A stretch of DNA of 64,000 nt, taken from positions 2,942-66,941 of the forward strand of contig CASLVD010000002.1 in the NCBI GenBank assembly GCA_949398305.1, in the 5' to 3' direction. Every line of letters starts with the position of its first letter. Position 1 is the stretch's first letter. Origin of the DNA: an uncultured Candidatus Melainabacteria bacterium. Its GTDB lineage: Bacteria; Cyanobacteriota; Vampirovibrionia; Gastranaerophilales; Gastranaerophilaceae. The translations under genes and the position numbers were made by a program. Below the pieces are notes generated by a model that was given only the letters and a program-made list of their open reading frames with translations, was not told where the DNA came from and did no database searches. Shown here piece after piece: positions 1-8,437 of the stretch.

Positions 1-1
1 T

Positions 2-184
2 CATAATCAATTTGATAGCACAAAATTAAAAGATTTTATAAAAAATCTGAAAGAAGAATCAAATAAGAAACAAATTATTTTGGTAAGCACCGAAACAAGT
101 ATGCTAGATTATGCAGATCAGATTATTACAGTAAATCAAAAAATTAAAAATCAATCTGAAATCAAAGAAACACAACTTATATAA
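2..184 (+). CDS. C-terminal fragment of a putative ABC/AAA-type ATPase (5' end outside window)
   Basis: Frame is open from the window edge to TAA 182-184. The tail ...NKKQIILVSTETSMLDYADQIITV resembles the post-Walker-B end of SMC/ABC-like ATPases. The next gene starts 13 nt later behind GGAG (187-190). Confidence 0.4.
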   Translation, partial: HNQFDSTKLKDFIKNLKEESNKKQIILVSTETSMLDYADQIITVNQKIKNQSEIKETQLI

Positions 185-196
185 ATGGAGTAAAAT

Positions 197-1294
197 ATGA
201 CAGAAAAAATTGAAAAATTACTGAATGATGTAAACGAAATTACAATTAAACAGAAAACTATAAAAGAAACAATTGCAAAAGAAACAGGTAATAATTTTAA
301 TATATTTGAAATTACACATATTAGTCAAAAAGAAGTCCCAATGTGCAGAATTTTAACCGAACTTTTAGACCCAAACGGTTCTCATGGTCAGAATAAAATA
401 TATTTAAATTTATTTTTCAAAATAGTTTTAAAAAAGGATATTCCATTATCAGAACTAGAGGTTATAAGAGAAGAAGTAATTGAAGGTTGTCGAAGAATTG
501 ACATACTCATAAAAGACAGAACAAAAGATTTTGTAATTCCTATAGAGGTTAAAATAAATGCCTGCGACCAATCGAAACAATTATACGATTATTCAAAGAA
601 AAGAAAACCAAATGACGAAAATCCTAAAGTATATTATCTTACAAAATATGGAACAGAACCATCTATGGGAAGCAGAGAGAGTTTAAAAGATGAAGAAATT
701 GGTCTCATATCTTGGAATGTGGATATATTAAACTGGATAAGAGCTTGCATATCTGATAAAGCAACCATAAACAAAGCACCTATCAGAGAAATTTTATTGC
801 AATTTGAAACAGCAATAGAAGAGTTTACATTACAAACAAAGAAAGGCGAACTAATGGAAATTGAAAATTTATTAAAAACACAAAGCGATATTGAAAATGC
901 TTACAGTATCGCACAGGCACTAAAAAATACTTTATTAAGCCGATTTAAAGAAAAACTTGAAGAAGAACTTATAAAAATAAAACCGCTTGATGATAACAGT
1001 CAAGATGATAATGAATGGAATCTTGGATATAAATTATCTTTATCAGAAGATAAATCCCAGGTAGATGTGGCACGTATCAGCTTGGAAAATAATAGCGTAT
1101 TTAAGCTGATTCAAGTTTTGAATCCCAATGATTTATCTTGGAATAATTTTTCAAAAAACAAATTTAAAGAAAAGGTGTTTTCAATATCCTATGATACAAT
1201 CTTTGAACTTGTAAAAGAAAATAGTTTTAATGATAAAGTTAAAGAATGTGTTGATTGGATAATTGAACAACTTAAAGTAAATGGTCAAATGTAA
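197..1294 (+). CDS. PD-(D/E)XK nuclease family protein
   Basis: 365-aa ORF with SD GGAG. It has an N-terminal box ILTELLDPNGSHGQ and a core RRIDILI...IPIEVK (D...ExK). Confidence 0.6.
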   Translation: MTEKIEKLLNDVNEITIKQKTIKETIAKETGNNFNIFEITHISQKEVPMCRILTELLDPNGSHGQNKIYLNLFFKIVLKKDIPLSELEVIREEVIEGCRRIDILIKDRTKDFVIPIEVKINACDQSKQLYDYSKKRKPNDENPKVYYLTKYGTEPSMGSRESLKDEEIGLISWNVDILNWIRACISDKATINKAPIREILLQFETAIEEFTLQTKKGELMEIENLLKTQSDIENAYSIAQALKNTLLSRFKEKLEEELIKIKPLDDNSQDDNEWNLGYKLSLSEDKSQVDVARISLENNSVFKLIQVLNPNDLSWNNFSKNKFKEKVFSISYDTIFELVKENSFNDKVKECVDWIIEQLKVNGQM

Positions 1295-2925
1295 TGTCCA
1301 AGACTGCAGAATACATTTTAAAAGAATGGGAGAAGTGGAAACATCTTGAAGATATCACCATAGCCTGGAGTTTGGAATTAATTAACAGAAAAACCAATAA
1401 AGAAATATCTGATATTATTAATCTTTCTAAAGCTGAAATTAAAGCTATGGTTGATAATTTCGATATCCAAGAAAATGAAACTCTTGTTTGTGAAATTCAA
1501 AACGGTACAAAACTCACAGAAAGAGAGGAAGAATTTTCCACTCTCATAAAACAGGGTAAAAATATATCAGAAATCTCTAAAACTCTTATGGTAAGCAGGA
1601 CAAGAGTTAAAACCGTTGTTAAAATAATTTTGGCAAAAATTTTAATAGGGCTTTATGATTATTATAATGCCGAATATTCTCATGTATCAGAACTTGCACA
1701 TCCGGTTTTAGAAGGCATGCGATATTACGGTTTTATGTATGGCAAGGCATCGGGTAAAATCGATGGCTATTGGTACGAATTTGATGAAAAAGGCAAGGTT
1801 CATTTAAAAATCAAATGCGATAATTTTGAAAGGGTTGATAAAAATTGCATCATTATTTCAATTGATAAAAAATATGGTCTTATAGACAATTGTGGCAATT
1901 ATTTAATCTCTCCCAAATATGAAGAATTAAAAAAGACATTTGGTGAAAATAGTTCCCTTTTCACGGCAAAATTAAACGGAAAATACGGAGTGATTGATGA
2001 ACATGGGGAAACTATTATTGATTTTAAATATGACAATATGAAGTTTTTTGGAGATAAAGAACATATTTGTGCAAAAAATCAAGGTAAATGGGGTTTGATT
2101 AACGTTAATGAAAATATCATCGTTCCTTTCATTTACGATGAAAGTTTTAATATCTATGCCCTGCCATTTAGAAAAAACGAGGGCTTTATAGTAGAAAAAG
2201 AAGGTAAGGAAGGGGTTATTAATCTTGAGAGTAAAGTTATTATTCCTTTCGAATATGATTGTTTATGCTCAAACTTTTTTGATACTGCAAAAAGTTTGAC
2301 GGTGGCAAAAAAGAATGGTAAAAGAGGTGTTATTAACTCAAAAAACGAAACCCTTATTCCTTTTGAATACGAACATATTGAAATTTTTTCTGATGAAACA
2401 ATGTTTGTACATAATTTTAACAAGGGATATATAATTGATTTTTCAAATAAAAAAGTTTGCGATAAAGACTTTCAATTTATAAACTCCGAGGGAAACGGTG
2501 AATATTTTTGCGCTATGAAAAATGATAAAAGCGGTTTAATTGATAAATTCGGCAATATCAAAATTGATTTTAAATATGATGATTTATTCTTTATAAATAA
2601 AAATCTGCTTGTTGCAAATAAAGATTCAAAAGAAGGAATTATTGATGTTAATGAAAATATTATAGTTCCTTTTAAATATTGGTTTAAGCGTGATAAATGC
2701 TTAGATAAAGATAATACTCTTCCTGCCAGAAGTCGGGTCAATGGCAAATTGAAGTGGGGATTAATTAACCTTCAAAATGAAGTTTTAATTGATTTTAAAT
2801 TTGACATCTTAATGCCTTTTAACGATAGGGAATATACTCTTGCAATAACTCATAATAAATGGATGTATGTAAACAAAAAGGGTGAAATTTTAAAAATCGA
2901 TATTGATAATTATGTCACAAAATGA
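1294..2925 (+). CDS. WG-repeat protein with N-terminal HTH-like segments
   Basis: Start overlaps the upstream stop (TAATG). It contains many tandem WG-type repeats (KYGLID, KYGVID, KWGLIN, KEGVIN, KRGVIN, KSGLID, KEGIID, KWGLIN). The N-terminus has two short HTH-like stretches (ISDIINLSKAEIKAMV, ISEISKTLMVSRTRVKTVV). Confidence 0.75.
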   Translation: MSKTAEYILKEWEKWKHLEDITIAWSLELINRKTNKEISDIINLSKAEIKAMVDNFDIQENETLVCEIQNGTKLTEREEEFSTLIKQGKNISEISKTLMVSRTRVKTVVKIILAKILIGLYDYYNAEYSHVSELAHPVLEGMRYYGFMYGKASGKIDGYWYEFDEKGKVHLKIKCDNFERVDKNCIIISIDKKYGLIDNCGNYLISPKYEELKKTFGENSSLFTAKLNGKYGVIDEHGETIIDFKYDNMKFFGDKEHICAKNQGKWGLINVNENIIVPFIYDESFNIYALPFRKNEGFIVEKEGKEGVINLESKVIIPFEYDCLCSNFFDTAKSLTVAKKNGKRGVINSKNETLIPFEYEHIEIFSDETMFVHNFNKGYIIDFSNKKVCDKDFQFINSEGNGEYFCAMKNDKSGLIDKFGNIKIDFKYDDLFFINKNLLVANKDSKEGIIDVNENIIVPFKYWFKRDKCLDKDNTLPARSRVNGKLKWGLINLQNEVLIDFKFDILMPFNDREYTLAITHNKWMYVNKKGEILKIDIDNYVTK

Positions 2926-2950
2926 CGTATTTTTGTTATAAAATTAAATT

Positions 2951-3925
2951 ATGTCCAGATTAAATAAAGCAGCAGAAATAATAGAACTTGCAATGATGTT
3001 TCAGAATAGTTATTGCGGGTTGTGTATTGATGATATTCAAGAACATTTTGAATGCTCCCGCAGATCAGCAGAACGAATGAAGTCGCTGTTATTTGAAATG
3101 TTTCCTGAAAAAGTTGAAGAAGTTTCAACTTCTGACAAGAAAAAATACTGGCGATTTATTAAAGGAACTGCCAACATGTTAATTTCATTTACCCCTGATG
3201 ATTTTGCGAACCTTGAATACTTAAAAGGGCTATCAAACGATGAAAATAGGCAAAAAGAACTTGATGAATTAATTGCCAAAATAAAAGCTTTAACTCCGCA
3301 AAAAAATGCAATGGCACTGGAAACAGATATTGAAGCAATACTTGAATCCGAAGGTTTTGCAGTACACCAATATTCAAGAGTTAAAGCAGATAAAAAGGTT
3401 TTAGATAAACTCCGGCAAGCTATGCTTTCATTTAAAAAGGTTGAATTTGACTACAATACGGATAAGGGCTTACGCCATGTCGTATTAAACCCGTATGGTA
3501 TAATTATTTCAGATAAATATTATCTTGTTGGATTTAATGAATATGTAGACGATTTAAGACTTTATAAAGTGGATAAACTTCAAAATCTTATTGTAACAGA
3601 TGATTATTTTGAAAAAGATGAAAAATTTTTATTATCAGAATATTGTAATAATTCTTTTTCAATCTATCAGGAAGAACCAATGAGCATCACATTAGAATTT
3701 GACAAATCTGTTGCAGAAGGTGTTTTGAATTATCATTTTCATCCGACACAAAAGATAAAACAACTTGATAACGGTAATATTCAAGTAAAATTCACCTCCG
3801 GTGGTAAACTTGCCATCTGCCATGAACTTTTCAAATGGGGAACAAGTGTTAAAATCAAAAAAACAGCGGAACTTAGAAAGTACTATAAAGATTATTTAAT
3901 AAATATTTTGAATAAACAATTTTGA
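2951..3925 (+). CDS. WYL-domain transcriptional regulator (HTH + WYL + C-terminal extension)
   Basis: 324 aa. It has an N-terminal HTH-like region (IQEHFECSRRSAERMKSLL) and a central WYL-type core (YGIIISDKYYLVGFNEYVDDLRLYKVDKL). Confidence 0.75.
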   Translation: MSRLNKAAEIIELAMMFQNSYCGLCIDDIQEHFECSRRSAERMKSLLFEMFPEKVEEVSTSDKKKYWRFIKGTANMLISFTPDDFANLEYLKGLSNDENRQKELDELIAKIKALTPQKNAMALETDIEAILESEGFAVHQYSRVKADKKVLDKLRQAMLSFKKVEFDYNTDKGLRHVVLNPYGIIISDKYYLVGFNEYVDDLRLYKVDKLQNLIVTDDYFEKDEKFLLSEYCNNSFSIYQEEPMSITLEFDKSVAEGVLNYHFHPTQKIKQLDNGNIQVKFTSGGKLAICHELFKWGTSVKIKKTAELRKYYKDYLINILNKQF

Positions 3926-3950
3926 TATATAATAAGAAAAAAGGAGTTTT

Positions 3951-5477
3951 ATGTCTTTTTTTATAAATTCAAATATGTTGCTAGAAGATTATAAGTATGC
4001 TGCATTAAATATATTGTGGTTGTATGATAATGGAAAAAGAACATTAATTTTTGCATTTATTGAGTTATTTCCCAATGAATATCCCAAACCTATAAATATT
4101 CAAGAAAATAGCCACAGTGTAAAGAAAACAAATAAACGTTTATTTTTTGCAAGAATCATAGATACAGTTGAAAATATTTTAAATTGGTATAGTAATATTT
4201 CGTCCGGGAATGTTTCTCATATGTTTTGGCAAAATAATGAACCTTTTGAATTAATTAACTATGAACAAGAACCTGCTTATCCAGATCTTTTACTATCGAA
4301 TAATCTTCCATTTTTACAAGATTTCGTGGGTTGTGTAAGGTGTCATTTTTTATTTGAAAAAGATTTTCCAGAAGAAATAAGACAATTATGCCTTGATGAA
4401 GAAAACATTAATTGGATTAATGATAACTTTAAGTTTGATTTATCATTATATTCTGAGTACATTGGATCAATATGTTTAGTTGCATATAATCCGTTACTAA
4501 GAAGTGTTAATACAAAACTTATGACAAACACAAATACCAAATCTGAATCTGTGTCATTTGAAATTGAACCAAGATACAATGTTGATATTTCGGATTTAAA
4601 ATTGTTATATATAGAAAAACGGAATCTTGGATATAAATGCTTTAAAGAAGTTGCATTAAATAATCTGTATTTCATAATAGATAACATAGGAGAAGTTGAA
4701 GCTATTGGTTATGCTGTAATTTGTCCAAAAAGAGGACTATTATTATGGGAAGGTTTTCATGGTTTTATGAAAAGTTTATCTTTGAGTATGAATATTGTAA
4801 CAGGTACAAATAAGATCAATGTTCCAACTAAAAATTATGATGGTATCGAAGAAACATATGAAACTTCAAGATATAGTAGTGAAACAATTACAATTGGAGA
4901 AAACAATAAAACAAAAACAGAAACATTAGCAATTAAATTATTAAAATCAAAAAGAACAAGGGAGCAAAAAAATATAGCTCAAAATACTCAAAAACTATTT
5001 TATGAAAACCCAAAAGAGGCAACAGCATTTATTAGAAGTATTATTGCCAAAGCTCAAACAAGAATTACTATAATCGATCCCTATATTACGACCAGAGAAT
5101 TATTTAAATTTGTTTTATCGGTAAATCCAAGCGTAAAAACTACAATAATAACCTCTTCTTTGGTATTAAAAGGCGGCAAAAATAAAAATCAAGCCAAAAC
5201 TTTGTTGAAAAATATTGATAATGTGTCAAAGAATTATCATATTGAAGCAATGGTAATGCTTGGAAGAGAACCAGCTTTTCATGATAGATTTATATTTATA
5301 GATGAAGAAGTTTGGATTAGTGGAAATTCGTTGGCTGATATTGGCAAAAGAGCAAGTATTCTGATTAAATCATCAGCACCAAAAGAAATTCAAAATATTT
5401 ATTATAGCATTATAAATGACAAGCAAAAAATAACAACATTAAAAGAATGGATTGAGAACCATGAAACCGCAAATTAA
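3951..5477 (+). CDS. Hypothetical protein with C-terminal PLD-fold domain (HKD-like HxRxxxxD...SGNS motif)
   Basis: 508-aa ORF with SD AAAGGAG upstream. The motif FHDRFIFIDEEVWISGNSL is encoded at 5280-5330. I do not recognise the N-terminal ~370 aa. Confidence 0.6.
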   Translation: MSFFINSNMLLEDYKYAALNILWLYDNGKRTLIFAFIELFPNEYPKPINIQENSHSVKKTNKRLFFARIIDTVENILNWYSNISSGNVSHMFWQNNEPFELINYEQEPAYPDLLLSNNLPFLQDFVGCVRCHFLFEKDFPEEIRQLCLDEENINWINDNFKFDLSLYSEYIGSICLVAYNPLLRSVNTKLMTNTNTKSESVSFEIEPRYNVDISDLKLLYIEKRNLGYKCFKEVALNNLYFIIDNIGEVEAIGYAVICPKRGLLLWEGFHGFMKSLSLSMNIVTGTNKINVPTKNYDGIEETYETSRYSSETITIGENNKTKTETLAIKLLKSKRTREQKNIAQNTQKLFYENPKEATAFIRSIIAKAQTRITIIDPYITTRELFKFVLSVNPSVKTTIITSSLVLKGGKNKNQAKTLLKNIDNVSKNYHIEAMVMLGREPAFHDRFIFIDEEVWISGNSLADIGKRASILIKSSAPKEIQNIYYSIINDKQKITTLKEWIENHETAN

Positions 5478-6036
5478 TAATGTTATCCAAGTACCAATTC
5501 CGGAAAAATTTGCGAATAAAGAACCCAAGTTATATTTTTTGTCCGCAAATTATGAATCTGGGAAACGTGACTCTAAAGATATTGAAATTGTAAATGGTTG
5601 CTGTTTTGATAGAAATGATTTATATAGTAGTATTTTTTGGAACAATTTTGAAAAAGCTGAATATATAATTATAATTGATAAATTTTTTATAAATGAAGAT
5701 CTGGATAAAGTTATAAAAATTATGCAAAAAAATAAAAACAAAATACCAACATTTAAAATGTTTAAGCTTTATACAGAAAATGTAGATAATATTAAAAATT
5801 CTCTCAATGAAATTAAACGTATTCTTGCTGACAAATTTGCAGTATTTGAAATAAAGCACAAATACATTCATGATAGATTTGCAATATTGGATAATGAACT
5901 ATTTCATTTTGGATGTACTGTCGGAGGAAAAACCAGCGAAGGCTTTAGCGCATTTAGTTGCGGATGGGATGCTAATAAGATATCCATGCTTATAAAACAA
6001 ATTGAAAATTCTAAATTTTCAGAGAGGACTTTATGA
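5452..6036 (+). CDS. Small PLD-fold protein (single HxRxxxxD motif)
   Basis: 194 aa. It overlaps the upstream gene by 26 nt. The motif IHDRFAILDNELFHFGCTVGG is encoded from 5869. Confidence 0.55.
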   Translation: MRTMKPQINNVIQVPIPEKFANKEPKLYFLSANYESGKRDSKDIEIVNGCCFDRNDLYSSIFWNNFEKAEYIIIIDKFFINEDLDKVIKIMQKNKNKIPTFKMFKLYTENVDNIKNSLNEIKRILADKFAVFEIKHKYIHDRFAILDNELFHFGCTVGGKTSEGFSAFSCGWDANKISMLIKQIENSKFSERTL

Positions 6037-7817
6037 TAGAAACAGAAATGCAAACACCATATATGAAAGAACAATTAAAGATATATCAAACTACTGTAAG
6101 TGAATATTTGCAACTTGATGATAAAACCAAAACTTTTTTTTATGAGTTTTGTAATTTGGCATTTCAAAAAAAATACTCATATAATGAATTTATTAAAAAA
6201 TCTGACGAATATACATTGAGCGATAATATAAAATGGTACATATTGGGGAATTTTTGTGTTGATAAAGTTTTACAAACCGATTGCCAATTCATTGAGTTTT
6301 TTGAATGGTTTAATCGCTATAGTCATCTGAATGCATATCTTTTTTATAGCAAAATATTGACTGAAAAATTTCAAAATAAAACATTATTAAAAAAATATAC
6401 TGATAAACTTGATGGTATTATTGATTATGCTAACCAAACTTTTTTGAATTATATCAGAGAAGATGAAAAGCCCGCATTCAAAGAATTTTTGAAAAAGAAT
6501 GCAGAAAATTCAGATATTTTAAATATTCTAAATGACAGAACTCGTATGCATTATAGATATATATCAAATGGTGTATTATATTTTGCACTAACTCCAATAT
6601 TAAATTTAGATATTAAAAAAGTGGTAAAAATACTATCTAAAATAAATTGCATTTTTTTGTTAGAAGATTTTTTAACTATTAATACAATCGAATACGATAT
6701 AGAACTGATTTGCAAGATTTTATCTCTGGCACCAAAAATTACAAATAATAGTGAAAAATGGAACAATAAAGCTATTTTATTACCATTACTTACAATAATA
6801 TTAAATAATAATTTATTACATGTATATGAATTATATAAAAATACCACACATGAAGTTGATGATATATTAAAAAAACACATTGAATTATTCATTAAACAAT
6901 TAAAGCAAAGACCTGATTGTAATTTTTTCATCCAAAAATGGTTATTGCATCTTGTTTCAATCCTAGATTCGCGTTCTGAAACTTACAAAAAAATAACACA
7001 AATGACAATACAAATAATCGGATTAGAAATTGTAGAACAAGACGAAAGTTTTAGTAAAAATTTCTTTGAAAATGAATATTTGAGTAATAAACGTAAAGAA
7101 CTATTACTTGCCTTAATTTATACAACTGACTCTATGAATTTTCCTCAAGAATATTTGAAATTATTTAGAGATTACATATTAGATTTATCAAATAAAATAT
7201 ATATTTTATCCGATAAGTCTTTTATAAAAACTGAACATTATTTATTATCGCAATTGTTTATTGAAATTGATAAACCTGCTGATGAATGGCAAAAAATATG
7301 GAATGCTTTATATATTGAACGACAAAAAGCTATGCATTCAAATTATGAGGACAATATGCATAACATATCACACTCGCAGTATTTAATTTTAACGGGTATA
7401 GCTGTTATTGAATATTTTATTTCAAAAAAACAAGTAAATTCTGCAACTACTTTTTTTGAAAATATATGGAATGCGTTAATGGAACTTTATTTAACAATGA
7501 GATACTTTTTGCATGAAGATTTTTTGCATAATATGATTGTAAGATATATTATACTCAAAAATCTAATAGGTATTGATTTCCAATCAGAAATAAATATGGT
7601 TAAGGATAATCCTGAACTAATTTCGAATATTATTTTAAATCTAAAGAATAACAACTGTGATATAACTTTTATTTCTAAAAATGATTCAATATTACATAGC
7701 CTAAATACATGTATAACTCAATGGAAAATATCCGATAAAAAACATATAAAATTTAAAGAAAACTATTATTTAGAACTAGAAAATATTTACAACAAATATT
7801 GTTTGAAGAAATTTTAA
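6033..7817 (+). CDS. Hypothetical large alpha-helical protein
   Basis: 594-aa uninterrupted ORF. Its start overlaps the upstream stop (ATGA at 6033-6036). I recognise no motif. Confidence 0.6.
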   Translation: MIETEMQTPYMKEQLKIYQTTVSEYLQLDDKTKTFFYEFCNLAFQKKYSYNEFIKKSDEYTLSDNIKWYILGNFCVDKVLQTDCQFIEFFEWFNRYSHLNAYLFYSKILTEKFQNKTLLKKYTDKLDGIIDYANQTFLNYIREDEKPAFKEFLKKNAENSDILNILNDRTRMHYRYISNGVLYFALTPILNLDIKKVVKILSKINCIFLLEDFLTINTIEYDIELICKILSLAPKITNNSEKWNNKAILLPLLTIILNNNLLHVYELYKNTTHEVDDILKKHIELFIKQLKQRPDCNFFIQKWLLHLVSILDSRSETYKKITQMTIQIIGLEIVEQDESFSKNFFENEYLSNKRKELLLALIYTTDSMNFPQEYLKLFRDYILDLSNKIYILSDKSFIKTEHYLLSQLFIEIDKPADEWQKIWNALYIERQKAMHSNYEDNMHNISHSQYLILTGIAVIEYFISKKQVNSATTFFENIWNALMELYLTMRYFLHEDFLHNMIVRYIILKNLIGIDFQSEINMVKDNPELISNIILNLKNNNCDITFISKNDSILHSLNTCITQWKISDKKHIKFKENYYLELENIYNKYCLKKF

Positions 7818-7851
7818 TAAACTTGCATTGTATCTTTTTAACCTAAAAATT

Positions 7852-8003
7852 ACCTGTTACCTTCCTGTTAATATCCTGTTATTTATAAATTCTAAAATTC
7901 AAATAAGTCTGATATAACTAGTTAATATACTAACTGTATAGCAAAATAACAGGTTAAAAAATTTTATCAGGTTAACAGGTTGATATAGTCAGGGAGCCTG
8001 TTG
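7852..8003. repeat. Array of (A/T)CCTGTTA / TAACAGGT octamer sites
   Basis: Three direct copies sit at 7852-7859, 7863-7870 and 7874-7881 with an exact 11-bp period. Three inverted copies sit at 7947-7954, 7965-7972 (1 mismatch) and 7973-7980. One more direct copy, GCCTGTTG, is at 7996-8003. Confidence 0.6.
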
Positions 8004-8028
8004 CTCTCTGGACTGTTCGCTCCAGTAA

Positions 8029-8060
8029 CAAAAAAGGACTACCTTAGGTAGTCCTTTTTT
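8029..8060. terminator. Bidirectional rho-independent terminator
   Basis: Stem GGACTACC (8036-8043) / GGTAGTCC (8047-8054) with loop TTA. An A-tract lies on one side and a T-tract on the other. Confidence 0.7.
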
Positions 8061-8320
8061 GTTGCTGTGGTTGAGAAGTAGAGAACCCACACAAGGCATA
8101 AGCCTTGTCATTGGGTTCGAGCGGATTTACGGACGGACTGAGCGCAGCAAGTTCGGGTAGCGAACAGATTGAGTCGACAGGAGCAAAGCTCCGAAGACGA
8201 AATTCTGAGAGCATGAAGTAAATCCAAGACACTCCCACCGTCTCCACCATTAAAATACTCAAGGCTTATGACAGTCTCTTTTTTAGTACCAAATTTCCCA
8301 CACCACGCGGGCTTCCGCCA
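8061..8320. ncRNA. Unassigned GC-rich structured element (candidate ncRNA or att scar) with tmRNA-like 3' tail
   Basis: GC-rich island in an AT-rich intergenic region. Nested helices: GAACCCA 8083-8089/TGGGTTC 8112-8118, ACAAGGC 8091-8097/GCCTTGT 8102-8108, GGATTTAC 8123-8130/GTAAATCC 8218-8225, GGAGC 8180-8184/GCTCC 8188-8192. ACTCCCACCGTCTCCACCA lies at 8231-8249 on the + strand. Confidence 0.35.
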
Positions 8321-8437
8321 AATAAAGAGAATTTACTATATTACAGATAGTCAGATTTTCTCTTATATTTACCCTTTTTATTTACCCCTTCTCTTTCGGT
8401 AAATAAAAAGAGTCCTTTTTGTAATCTCAAAAACAAA

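Noticed and set aside
2154-2747. Antisense or out-of-frame ORFs in the track nested inside longer, motif-bearing genes
   Set aside because: Examples are 2154-2423, 2472-2747, 3037-3377, 4343-4687, 5550-5871, 6551-6931, 8454-9089, 9920-10549, 11249-12243, 46572-49177, 50271-50501, 52367-52718, 55526-56164, 56543-57571 and 62489-63751. All are short and low-complexity, and all lack an SD. They are typical AT-rich shadow ORFs.
8061-8249. Complete one-piece or permuted two-piece tmRNA gene
   Set aside because: Only the last 19 nt match the tmRNA terminus. No 5' acceptor strand (GGGGACG/GGAGACG) occurs upstream or within ~100 nt downstream, and no 5-bp T-stem precedes ACTCCCAC. No frame gives a tag ending in ..AA-stop. 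The T-loop-like GGGTTCGAG at 8113-8121 is part of a long hairpin (8083-8118).
8044-8262. 72-aa minus-strand ORF from the ORF track
   Set aside because: It lies entirely within the GC-rich, helix-dense element and spans a terminator hairpin. It has no SD, and its composition is unlike neighbouring genes. Its open frame is best explained by the GC-rich sequence having few stop codons.
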